A stretch of DNA of 64,000 bases from contig NC_057718.1 in NCBI RefSeq assembly GCF_004010195.1, forward strand, positions 10,594,474 to 10,658,473, in the 5' to 3' direction. The notes under the pieces are model-generated. The model worked only from the letters and a program-made list of their open reading frames with translations, was not told the origin of the DNA and did no database searches. Made by a program: the position numbers and the translations under genes. Within the stretch, counting starts at the first letter, position 1, and each line of letters begins with the position of its first letter. The DNA comes from Chiloscyllium plagiosum (lineage: Eukaryota). Positions 11,120 to 23,559 of the stretch are shown one piece after another.

Positions 11120-13181
11120 TTCATTCAGATCATTAATGTAGTCAACAATGAGGCTTCAGCACTGTAACACTCCTCTTGTTATAGTTTGTGAACCTCAAGA
11201 TGACCCATTTATCTGCTGTTGCGTGTGCAGCTGCAAAATTTGGACATTCCACATGCCAGTACTTTGACTTCCAGTTCCAGGAACTGGTACTGCACACAGA
11301 CCTCAGGTCTGTGCACTAGCAGGAATAGATAGGAAAGATAGGTTTCCTGTTGTTTAGTCCATCCTCTTTCCATGCTAAACTAATACCCCAGCAACATGAC
11401 CTCTTATCTTAGAAACCTTTTGTATGATAACTTTTTAATATACCACATCCCCTGGTATCCTTTTTATCTATCCTGCTTGTTAAGAACATGAATCAAACTG
11501 TTAAACGTGGTTTATCTTTTGTACAGTGTTAACAGGATGATTAGAAATTCATAAAATCATATCATAACTATAATGAAACATTTCAGCATTTGCAAATAAC
11601 AGGCTAACTGACCTATAGGTTCTACATTTACAATTTTATATTCTGCTGTGACACTTCCAGAAGCTTTGAAACTTTAGAACTTTACAACCAGTCTACCCCC
11701 TATCACTGCAGACATATATTTGAAGAATGTAGACTATCAAGTGTAGGAGACTTTTGGTCTTTATTCCATTTTAGTTTTCTTGGTGCATTTTTCTCTGATG
11801 TGTTTTAAGTTCTTCTTTATCTTTTGATTTTCCTACTATTCTTGGGGAAAGACAGAAGACATTCTGTGTAGACAGATGCAAAATTCTTGTTTGAAGTCTG
11901 GAGTATTTACTTAGTCATAGTCATGCAACATAAAAGAGGCCCTTTGGCCCATCATTGATCAATCTACACTAACAACTTTGCAGCACGTGGCCCATAGCCT
12001 TCAATGTTATGACCTTCCAAGTGCTTTTCCATATATTTATTTACGTTTTTGAGATTTCCTGCCTGTATTGCCCTCCCAGGCAGTGTGTTCCACATCTCCC
12101 CCCCCCCCCTCAGTCAAAAAGATTTCCTCCAATTTCCTCTAAGCCGCCTTCCCTTTACCCTAAAATTATGCTCCTTAATCACCACATTAATGTATCATGT
12201 TGCCTCCAGGGATCTGAGGGTAAGCATTCCAAAATCTGAGTATTCCTTTAAGCTTCCTAATGTACTGCCATTCATCAAGTAATCCATTGCCTTGTTACTT
12301 CTTCCAAAGTTCACCACCTCATGCTTATCAGGGTTGAATTGCTTGCTCCTGATCTGCCCATCTCACAAACGTCTATTTTTATTGACGTAGCTCCAACAAC
12401 GCAAGCATGGACTCTCTCCAGGACAAAGCAGCTTGCTTAATTGACGCCACGTCCACAGACAGCTACTCCCTCCACCACAAGATGCACTGCAGAAATTTAC
12501 CAAAGCTTCATAGACAACACCTTCCAAACCCATGAACATTTCCAACTAGAAAGATAAATGCAGCCAATACATGGGAACACCACCTTTTGCAAGATCCCCT
12601 CCAAGCCACTCACCACCCTGATTTGGAAATATAATGTCAGTACTTAACTGTTTGAGGTCACAGGGCCATAGAGTCATACAGCACAGAAACATGCCTTTCA
12701 ACCCAACTTGTCCATGCAGACCAGGTTTCCTACACTGAACTACTCCTATTTGCCTGCATTTGGCCCATATTCCCCTCAACTCTTCTTATCATATGCCTGT
12801 CCAAATGTCTTTCAAACGTTGCAATTGTGTAAGCCTCCACCACTTCCACTAGAATCTTGTTTCATAAACACTATCTCATGTGAAAAAGTTGCCCCTCAGG
12901 TCCCTTTTTTAAAATCTTTTCCCCTCTCACCTTAAACCTATGCCCTCTAGTTTTGGACTTTTCTACTTTTGCGGAAAAGACCATCTCAGTTTACCTTATC
13001 TATGCACCTCCATGATTTTTTAAGTTCACCCCTCAGCCTCCTATGCTCCAGGGAAAAAAAAGTCTTAGCCTATCCAGCCTTTTTAACTGAAACCTTCCAG
13101 TCTCACTAATATCCCTGTAAATCTTCACTCCCTTTCCAGTTTAATAACATCATTCCTCTAGCAGGGCAACAAGCATAGTAC

Positions 13182-13909
13182 AGTCACAAAGCTGGTCCCT
13201 TTGTTTTCTAAAAATTGTTCCTTTTCTTAAGGATACTTTGTTCTTGTCCTTTTTTCAAAGGGGTCATAAACAGCTCCGGTTTAGATTAGACTGGTTTGGT
13301 ACAGAGATTAAGGGGTTTTGAGAGGCCTTTTTGATTATATGTAAATAGATGAGACGTCAGGCCAAAGTGGTCATGTTTTAGAAGTGACCTGTATAAAGAA
13401 GGGCTCGTGCCCGAAACGTCGATTTTCCTGCTCCTTGGATGCTGCCTGACCTGCTGCGCTTTTCCAGCAACACATTTTCACCTCTGATCTCCAACATCTG
13501 CAGTCCTCACTTTCTCAGCGGAGTAGTTCAGTCCAGAACTAGTTAGAAATTCAACTATGTGGAAACAGGTTCTCTCTCTCTCTCCTTCTGCCCTTCTAAC
13601 TTCAACCTGTTGCATTGTTACTGTTTTTTTTAAGGGGGTTTGCTTATTGGGACTGTTGTGTATATATTCAGAACTGCATAATTAAGTCTAAGTTGGATAG
13701 ACTGAGTTCTGTGGGGATTCTTTATTCTGTCCTTTGTGTTTCATTGTATATGTGTGAATAAATTTTTGTCTGTTCTAAAACCTGGTAGTTTACCTGGAGT
13801 AAGTTGGCTACGTTTATGTTCACTATATACTTAGCGAAACAAATTGCCAACTTATGGTTTGGGCTGCCTGCTTAAGAATGTTTTGAGAGGTCTGGCTTAG
13901 TCAGTAACA
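13182..13909 (+). mobile_element. Probable solo LTR (Gypsy-like) inside CR1
   Basis: ends aGTCAC...GTAACA; flanks gtac/gtat; TATA-like gtataaag at 13391; AATAAA at about 13757; CR1 resumes after 13909. Confidence 0.55.
13398..13516 (+). mobile_element. PLE family A pLTR end plus tail inserted in the LTR
   Basis: gaagggctcgtgcccGAAACGTCga...ctcactttctc. Confidence 0.85.
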
Positions 13910-16900
13910 GTATGCAATATTCCAAATGTGGCCTTACCAACTTCTTGTATAGCTGTAACGTGACATTCTAACTGCTTTGATTAATGAAGGCAAGCGTGCC
14001 AAATACTACTTCAGTCTGTCTACCTGTGACACCACTTTCAAGGAACTATATAGCTGCATCCCTAGGTGTCCCCAGAGCCCTAACATTAACTGTGTAGGTC
14101 CTGTTTTGGCTTGTCTTACCAGAAGACAATATCCTGCATTTATCCAAATTAAACGCCATCTGCCATTTCTCAGCTCACTGGCCCAGTTGTTCAAGATCCC
14201 GCTATACTCTTAGAAAACCTTCTGTACTGTCTGCTATGGTACCAATTTTGGTGTCATTTACCAACTTATTAACTATGCAGCCTATATTCTTGTCCTTGGA
14301 GATGCATTGACTCCCTCCTTCAGGATTTTCTCCAATAGTTTGTCAATCACTTGTCAGACTCACTTGTCTATAGCTCCTTGGTTTACCCCTGTCACACTGT
14401 TAAAGTGGAACCACAGTAGCTATCCTCCAGCCCTCTGGCAGCTCCCCTTGGCCAGCCAGGAATGTAAAATTTTGGGTTAGAGCCTCTAATTTCCTCCCTT
14501 GTCTTCCAAAGCGAGCTGGGGTTTTGTCCACTTTGAAATCTGCCAAAGCCTCCAATGTCTTCCCATTCTCTCATTCCGTTGAAGAACATCTTAGTCCATC
14601 TTCCTACTTCTATACCTACATCCTGCATCTAAGTGAAGACCAGTAAAGTACTGAAGTCTTATTATTGTCCTCTGATTTCACACGTAGACACCTCAGTGGT
14701 CCCAAATGGGCACTACTTATTCCCTAATTATTCTCTTCTCCTTTACAGGATATCATGGGATTCTCCTTAATTTTACCCACCAGTGTTTCTTCATGTCCCT
14801 CTTTGTCTCCTAATTGCTTTCTTAAGATTCCCCTTGCACCTTCTGTACTCTTTTAGATCCTCTGTTCACTTGCTCCCTTTGTACCTATTAAAAGCCTCTC
14901 TCTTCCTTCTTACCCAATCCTAAATGTTCATAGACAGCCAGAGTTCTCTGGGCTTGTTGCTCCAACATTTCACCCTAAAGGGAGCATGTTGGACCTGTAC
15001 ATTCCCCATTTCCTTTTTGATCACCCCGGCTATTCTATTGTAGATTTACTCCGAAGCAGGAAGTCCGCCCCCACCACTTAACCCACCCACGTAAGTCCAA
15101 AACCTTTTCTGTAGGCTATCTCTTTCCTTGAACATAATGGGGCTGTTAACATGGTCACAAAAATGCTTACCGATTTTGTCACATTGTCTTAAATGCCACC
15201 TTAACCACCTGCTAAATTAGAACCAGAATTGTCTCCCTTGTTGGACCTTCTGGGTGTAACATAACATAAAACCCTGCAGAATACAGTTCAAGAAATCTAT
15301 CCTCTCTCAACCCTTACGCTATGACTACCCCAATTAATGTGTGGAAAGTGGAAGTCCCCTAATATAATGTCCCTAATGTTATTGTCACACATCAGTGAAT
15401 TATCTGCATATATGTCCCCTGCTGACTGTTTGACAATATCACTGTCCCCTTTTTATTCCTAAGCTCTACCCACAAAGCTTCATTTGAGGACCCTCCCAAG
15501 GTATCATCTCTCGCTACTGCAATAACTGACTCATTAATTAATAATGCAATATCACCAACACTGTCTTGTCTGAAGACCCTAATATAATTTTGAGTTGTCA
15601 GTCCTGCCCATCTGTCAACCACGTCTGTGTTGGCAGCAATGTCTCCATTCCACATATTAATCTGCGTCCTTAACTCATCTGTCTTCTCTATAATACTCCT
15701 AATATTAAGGTAGAGGCTGTCCAATCTCTCCTTATTCCCTTGAATCACAGCAAGGCTGAATTCCCTGCATTCTTGTTACTTTATTATGCTGCATCCCTAT
15801 TAGAGTCCCTTGCCCTTAATAAACTAATTTAAACTCCTCCCAACAGCATTGATAAATCTACCCACAAGGATGATGGTTCCATTCTGGTTCAAATGCAGAC
15901 CATCGCACTTGCACAAGTCCCAACATTCCCAGAAACAATCCCAGTGAGCCAGAAATCTAAAATACTCTTGAGTCACACATTCAATTGCATTATTCTCCAT
16001 TCTCCATTTGTTTTTCATTGTTAATTCATCAGTCTCGTTTTCTATGTGACCGTTGCTTACTTTGGCTACTTACTTTCTTTATCATATTTGTAGAAGCACA
16101 AACTGTGTGTTTGTTACTTTTTGCCAGATTTCTCTTACTCATTTGGGTGGACACATTAGAATATTTTTCCCAGTCTTCTGGTTATCTAATAATCTTCACC
16201 GTATTGTGGTTTCTTAGTTAATTTGATGTCATTCTTCATTAGCTGTACATGTTTTGTCTTTCTCATATAGTCTTAAATTATGAAACATCTCTCCTTAAAT
16301 TTCTAATCCTGTTTACATAACACATTTCCTTACCAATTTTTCTTTTTTTTTTCCCAGTCTGCTTTAGCTATCTCATTTTGGATTTCTTTTGTTAAAATTG
16401 AAGGTGCTCAATTCAGGCCCATGTTTCTTGCACTCAGACCCCATGTGAAATTTTTCCTGTTATGATCACTATTACCTAGAGGATTGTTCGCTATGAGATT
16501 TTAGATTTTAATCCTGAATCAATGAATATGACAGATCTCAAAAAGCAGTTCTCATGTCATACTTAACATGACATGATATGATTACAGCTGTATCACAAAA
16601 ATTAACCTCAGCAGCCTGCACACCAAAGACCAGTACAAAAGATAATCAGATAAATTTTACTTTCCCCTATTTTCACTTTACTAAATGGTTGTTTATTCTG
16701 GTAAAAATGGATAGGAATTTAGGGATAGATGTTGCAGTTCTAGATTTGGAACTAGATTTATTAATATGGGCAGGATATAAATACACTCAACCTCCTTTAA
16801 CATGAGCAATAATGTAGTTGCTGCTTTGAATACCATGACAATGTTTTGAAGGAATTAAGTAAAGGGATTGTTGTGTTTACAGGGAAATTAGGATACAAAT

Positions 16901-17240
16901 ATACACATGTTGAATAGCATTATGAACAAATGAGTACTGACCAGTTTTGATCATGACACTTCAGAAAGAATATATGTGCTTTTTAGAGGGGACAGACCAC
17001 CATGCCTTTTGCTTCAGGGCCTATGGATAACAGTAGTGTTTGAGTGTAGTTTGTTGACTACTTTTCTGGGCTGTTGCAGTCTTGGTGAAGACACTCCAAA
17101 CCAGTACCAGATGAGAAATTTTGAGCCATCTGACTTTTGGTCCATCGATTTATATCAAATTTATAGAATGTTTCCAAATGCAATTTGTAACTTTGAATTG
17201 GAAAATGACAGTTGTTTAACATTTTGTTCTTTCTCTGTTT

Positions 17241-17443
17241 ATGATGTGGAGGTGCTGGTGTTGGACTAGAGTGTTCAAAGTCAGAATCCACAGGACACCA
17301 GGTTATAGTCCAACAGATTTATTTGAAATTGCAAGCTTTCCCTCGTCAAGTGGACTTCACCTGATGAAGGAGCAATGCTCCAAAAGCTTGTGATTTCAAA
17401 TAAATCTGTTGAACTATAACCTGGTGTCCTGTGAATTTGACTT
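17241..17443. mobile_element. Fold-back PLE family B mini-element
   Basis: long minus arm with tail at 17241-17353; short plus arm at 17355-17443 with an HHR whose GAAA is mutated to AAAA. Confidence 0.8.
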
Positions 17444-18019
17444 GCTTTTTTTTTAATGCTAGCAGTTGCAATGGTGAGCCTCATAACTGAGTTACTGTTA
17501 CTGTGTACTGCAGCAGTTTGGTTATACTGGTTACATTGTCGTCATTAAGCTAGATATTTTAAAATTCCAGGTTATTATTGAATCCATAGTTCTTCGTGTG
17601 TAAACAAGAGAATTTGTTAAGAATGAGACTTAACCAGTGGTAGTCATCCTCTTGCTGCATTGACATGGAACTGTTAAGCTTTCACAGCATCTAGTTTTTG
17701 TTTTCTTGTTTGCTTGGTAGCTTTTAAAGTTTTCTCACTTGTGTAAAACTAGTTCTAGCATTTATTTAACTTGTATTTTTATCCTCTGTCTCACTATCTG
17801 GTATACTTAGTCTGTGCCTTGTATTCATCAGTGCGCTTGGGACAGAATAAATTAAACTGGATTGTAACAATGAGTTACACAAATGATTTGAGAATATTTG
17901 TTGTGTTTCTGGAATTAGGATACAGATGGTGAAGTTAACATCAATTGTGCAGGGAGCAACAGGCTTGTTTGATCATAGTTTTTCACCATTGAAATAATGC
18001 CCGTAACACACAGAGACTT

Positions 18020-18712
18020 GGAGGTATTTGCACACAAAATGCAAAGCTGGCACACGTGCAGCAGGTAATCAGGAAGGCATTGGAATGTTGGTTCTTCTTT
18101 CAAGGAGCGCAAGAATAGGAAAGTCTTACTGCACCTGCACTAGGTGCTGCTGAGATATCGTGGTGCACTTAGAGCAGTTTTGATCCCCTTATTTTAGTAA
18201 ATATCTCATTTCATTGGAAGCACATCTGAGAAACCTCACCAGGATGATCCCTGGTCTGGATGGATTGTCTTATGAACTAAGGTTGAACATGTTGGGACTC
18301 CACTCATTGGAATTTAGAAGAATGAGAGTTGATTTCATTGAAACATATGGGATTTTTAAGAGGTTTGACAGGGTAAGTGCTAAGAGACTGTTTCCCCTGT
18401 TGGGAAGGTCTAGGATCAGAGATCATAGGCTCAAATTGGCACCTTAAACTTATTTGAAGGCTGAAATGAGGAATTTCTTCTGAGGGTTGAGAGTCTTTGG
18501 AACTCCTTACTGCAGAGAACTGTGGGGTCTGAACCCTTGTATATATTTAAGACTGAGATTCTTGATCAGTCGACAAATCATGGATTGTGGGGTAGACGCA
18601 GGAAGGTGAATGTGAGGGCTATCGGATCAGCCATGATTCTGTTGAATGGGGGTGCAGGCGCAAGAGGCTGAATGGCCAGCTCCTTTTCCTGTTTCTAATG
18701 GTCTTATATGGC
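18020..18712 (+). mobile_element. CR1 LINE 3' fragment
   Basis: TRMIPGLDGLSYELRLNMLGLHSLEFRRMRVDFIETY. Confidence 0.85.
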
Positions 18713-18849
18713 TTTTCTTGTCTTCGAGCTGAATTCCAGAGGTGAGGTGTGAAGTGACTTTGCTTGACTGAGCCTGGCATATGGGCATCAAGCAAAATTG
18801 AAGCTATTGGCAATTGGGTCAAGATGTCTATTGGCTGAAGACCTATATC

Positions 18850-21800
18850 ATGGAGTCACGCAGCATGAAACAGACCCATTGGTCCAAATCGTCCGTACCA
18901 ACCAAGTTTCCCAAACTAAACTGGTCCCACTTGGCTGCAATTGATCCATATCCCTGTAAACCTTTCCTATTCATGTATCTATCCAAATGTCTTTTAAATG
19001 TTGTAACAAAGAACAAAGAAAATTACAGCACAGGAACAGACCTTTCAGTCCTCAAAGCCTGTGCCAATCCAGACCATTTATCTAAACCTGTAGCTTATTT
19101 TCCAAGAATCTGTATCCTTTGGCTCCCTGCCCATTCATGTATCATGTACTCAATACCTTGTCCGATGACTGAAAGCATGCCGTATGCCTTGTTGACCACT
19201 CTGTCGATCTGCCTTGCCACCTTCAGGGTACAATGGACCTAAACACTCAAATCCCTCTGTACATCAAATTTCCCCAGGGCTTTTCTATTTACCATATAAT
19301 TTGCTATTGAATTGGATCTTCTAAAATGCGTCTACTCTGTCTCCTATTGCTCAGCTAGTTCTTTATCCATCTAGCTAATACACCCTAGACCCCATGCAAC
19401 TTCACTTTCTCCATCAGCCTACCATGGGGAACCTTATCAAAAGCCTTTGTGAACTCCATGTATATGACATCTACAGCCCTTCCCTCATCAATCAATTTTT
19501 TCACTTCCTCAAAGAATTCTATTAAGGTGGTAAGACGTGACCTTCCTGGCACAAAACCATGTTTCCTATCACTGATAAGCCCATTTTCTCCCAAATGTAA
19601 ATAGATTTTATCCTTCAGTATCTTCTCCAGCAGCTTCCCTACCACAGATGTCAGGCCCACCAGTCTATATTATCTGGATTATCCCTGCTGCCCTTCTGAA
19701 CGAAGAGGACAATATTAGCAATTCTGCAGCCCTCTGGGATCTCTTTCATGTTCAAGTATGCTGCAAAGATATCTGTTAAGGCCCCAGCTCTTTCCTGTCT
19801 CGCTTCCCTTAGTAACCTGGGATAGGCCCCATCTGGACCTGGAGATTTGTCCACCTTGATGCCTTTTGGAATACCCAATGCTTCCTCCCTTCTTAAGCCG
19901 ACTTGATCTAGAGTAATCAAACATCTATTCCTAACTTCAGCATCCATCGTGTCCCACTCCTTGGTGAATACTGAACCAAAGTACTTATGTAAGAATCTCA
20001 TCCGTTATCTCTGACTCTACGTATAACTTCCCTCCTTTATCCTTGAGTGGGCCTGTCCTTTCTCTGGTTACTTTCTATTACTCTCTCGCTCCTTATATAT
20101 GAATAAAAAGCTTTGGGATTTTCCTTAACCCTGTTTGCTAAAGATATTTCATGACCCCTTTAAGCACTCTTAATTCCTCATTTAAGATTGGTCCTACTTT
20201 CCCGATATTCTTCCAAAGCTTTGTCTGTTTTCAGTTACCTGGACCTTTTTATGTATGCTTCTTTTTTCTTCTTAGTCTCACAATTTGCATCTACCACTTT
20301 CTCTGGCAGTTCATTTTTACATACGAACCACCGTCTGGAGGAGGTTGCCCCTTGAGTCCCTTTTAAATCTTTTTCCTCTCACCTTAAAATATGCCCTCTA
20401 GTTTGAACTCCCCTACACTAGGGAAAAGACATTTGCTATTCTCTTTATCTAGGCCCTTCATGATCTTATAAATCTCTATAAGATCTTCGCTCAACCTCCA
20501 ATGCTTTAGTTAAATTAGTCTCATCTTATCTCTTATAATTCTAACCCTCTCCAATTTAATAATATCCTTCCTTAGCCCAGTGACCAGAACTGTAGACTGT
20601 ATTCCAATAATGGCTTCACCAATGTCCTGTACAACCTCAACATGATGTCCCAACTGCAATGGTCTGAGCAATGAAGGCAAGCATGTTTTGCGAGTTTTAA
20701 GATTTGTAGCTCAGGTTGAGGTTCTGGATGTACGTTTGCTCGCTGAGCGGGAATGTTCATTTCCAGTCGTTTCGTCACCTAACTAGGTAATATCTTCAGT
20801 GAGCCTCCGGGCGAAGCACTGTTGATAATTCCTGCTTTCTATTTATATGTTTGGGTTTCTTTAGGTTGGTGACACCATTTCCTGTGGCGATGCCATTTCC
20901 TGTTCTTTCTTGGGGGGTGGTAGATGGGGTCTAACTCTGTGTTTGACGATAGAGTTCCAGTTGGAATGCCTTGCTTCTAGGAATTCTCATGCATGTCTCT
21001 GTTTCGCTCATCCTAGGATGGATGTGTTGTCCCAGTCAAAGTGGTGTCCTTCCTTATCTGCATGTAAGGATACTAGTGAGAGAGGGTCATGTCATTTTGT
21101 GGCTAGTTGATGTTCATGTATCCTGGTGGCTAGTTTTCTGCTTGTTTGTCCAATGTAGTGTTTGTCACAGTCCTTGCATGGTATTTTGTAAATGACATTA
21201 GTTATGCTAGTTGTCTGTATAGAATCTTTCAAGTTCATTAGCTGCTGTTTTAGTGTGTTTGTGGGCAACCGTGATGCCAAAGAGTCTGAGTAGTCTGGCA
21301 GTCATTTTAGCATGCTAAATACCTTAATTACCCTGTCTACATGTGACACAATTTTCAAAGAGCTATGTACCTGAACCCCTTAGATCTCTCTGTTAAACAA
21401 CACTTCCCAGGGGCCTACTATTAACTGTATAAGTCTTGCCCTTGTTCGTTTTACCAAGATGTTAAACTCCATCTGGCACATCTCAGCCCATTGGCCCAAT
21501 TGATCAAGATCTCTTTGTAATATTAGATAACCACCTTCACGTCCACTGTAGCACCAAGTTTGGTATTATCCGCACACTTACTAACTATGCTTTCTATATT
21601 CTCATCTGAATTGTTTATATAAATGACGGTGCACCTAGTACCGATCCCGGTGGAACACAGCTGTTACAGGCCTATGATCCAAAAAGCAACCTTCCACCTC
21701 CACCCTTTGTCTCTTACTATTAAACAGTTTTTTGCATCTAATTGGCAAGCTCTGAGTCTCTTGTGATCTAACTTTCCTGATCAGTGTATGATTTGGAATC

Positions 21801-21990
21801 TTGTCAAAAGCTTTCCTAAAATCCATGTAGATAACAGTTACTGCTTTGCCTTCATCAATCCTTCTGGTTATATCCTCAAAAAAACTAGATCAAGCTTGTA
21901 GACACAATTTCCCATGCTGGTTATCCTTAATCTGTCCTTGCCCCCTCCAAATGCATGGAAACCCTCTCTCTAAGAATCTCCTCCAGAAAC
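18850..21990 (-). mobile_element. Nested CR1 LINE fragments
   Basis: LTSVVGKLLEKILKD...HGFVPGRSRLTTLIEFFEEV...DVIYMEFTKAFDKVPH; KSPGPDG; DFRKAFDKIPN. Confidence 0.9.
20686..21308 (-). mobile_element. PLE family C 3' fragment (GIY-YIG plus pLTR) inside CR1
   Basis: NVIYKIPCKDCDKHYIGQTSRKLATRIHEHQLA; short duplication agcatg at 20680-20685 and 21309-21314. Confidence 0.88.
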
Positions 21991-22289
21991 TTCAGCTGCA
22001 GGAATTAGACCCAACTATCAGCTGTTTGGTCAATAACCTTGTGTACAACGCAAGGTCAGAATTGGAAACATTCACTGATGATTACAATCCTTGGCATCAT
22101 TCACACGCATTGGATACTGAAACTCAGTGTTTATGTTGCAAGACAAATGCAAGTTTGTGCTCATAAAATGATAGGTAATATGTATTTCAACCATCACTTG
22201 CATTCACTAATATTACCATTACTGAAAAGTTGTCCTGGCGATTGCCATTAACCAGAGACTTGACCCGGTCAACTAGATAATAAATTCTG

Positions 22290-22810
22290 GAGTAAAAGCA
22301 AATGGCTGGAGAACAGCTTTGGCTGGAGAATAGCTTTGGCAACATCTCTGGAGAGCGAAACAAAGTTAATGCTTCAAGTCTGATATGATTTCTTTGAACT
22401 CAAGGGGCTGGGAAATGATGGTTTTTATAAATTGTTGACAAAGGGGGAGAAGGAGCAAGTAGAACAATGGTAAGCATCCAGAGCAAAAGTGGTAGGGGGG
22501 GTTTGGTCGGATCAAAAGAGAGGTAATCTAATGGAAGACAGTGTTCATGCAATGTTCATTCAGCATGAATGCATCAAAATTTTCTTTAGTGCCATGAGAG
22601 CTCGGTTTGCCTTTTGCTCTGGGCATCTTTTACCATTTATCCCCTTCCCCTTTTGTCAACAGCATGAAAAGAATGAAGTTCCAGATTCCTTCAGTCCCAA
22701 AGAAGTTGAATTGGACTCTATATCATGTTCATTTCTCTCCACAGATGCTGCCAGATGAGTTTGTACAGCACTTTTGATTTTATTTTTGGTCTCCAGCATC
22801 CCCAGTACTA
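22290..22810. mobile_element. Old fold-back PLE (family D-like)
   Basis: ggcaacatctctggagag at the left versus ctctccacagatgctgcc at the right; tail tctccagcatc. Confidence 0.55.
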
Positions 22811-23365
22811 TACTTGGCTTTTAAACAAATACTGTAGCTCAGAGGCTGGGGAACACTGCCAAGGGTGGCTCACTTTCCACTTTCCCTTTCCCTAAGCCTA
22901 TCCACCACCTGAGATATGATTAATGGACTATTATTCACCTATTATCCAACAGTAATCGAACTTTATTCAGCTGACTACTCTGGAAGTCTGTGCCTCAGAG
23001 GGGTGGTGATTGGAGTTGTTGAATATTTTCGAAGATGGAGGTAACCTCTTATTATCCAAGGGAATCCATGTTTATCATGAGTAGGGGGAATGTTAAACTT
23101 GAAACATAGCAAATCAGCTATGACCTTTATTGAATGATGGAGCAGACTTGGTCCAATTTGCATTGTTGTGCTTATTCGCATTCTATTTTTCTCGTTTTTT
23201 AAGTAATGACTTTGCAAGAATTAAGTAATTGTTGAATTTGTTTCCTTGTCCTTTTCACGTAGACAAATCCATATTAAAACAATTCGCTGTTTAAAGCAAT
23301 TCCTCATACCAACAAAGTATCTGCAAATTGATGGAAAAATGCGTATGCTTCTGTTGTAGCAATAG

Positions 23366-23559
23366 GAGAAAGTGAGGTCTGCAGATGCTGGAGATCAAAG
23401 TTGAAACTTTATTGCTGGAACAGCACAGCAGGTCAGGCAGCATCCAGGGAACAGGAGATTCGACGTTTCGGGCACAGGCCGAAGAAGGGCCCGAAACGTC
23501 GAATCTCCTGTTCCCTGGATGCTGCCTGACCTGTGCTGTTCCAGCAATAAAGTTTCAAC
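23366..23559. mobile_element. Fold-back PLE family A mini-element, 16-bp TSD
   Basis: TSD tctgttgtagcaatag at 23350-23365 and 23560-23575; nearly identical to 10597-10829 but in the opposite orientation. Confidence 0.9.

Larger units (their letters stand above)
11912..15970 (-). mobile_element. Nested CR1 LINE cluster (3' ends, RT, APE endonuclease, ORF1 esterase remnant)
   Basis: LYLNIRSIIEKTDEL...EALWVELRN (APE) at 15392-15748; FRFLAHWDCFW...DGLHLNQNG (SGNH-type ORF1) at 15824-15965. Confidence 0.8.
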
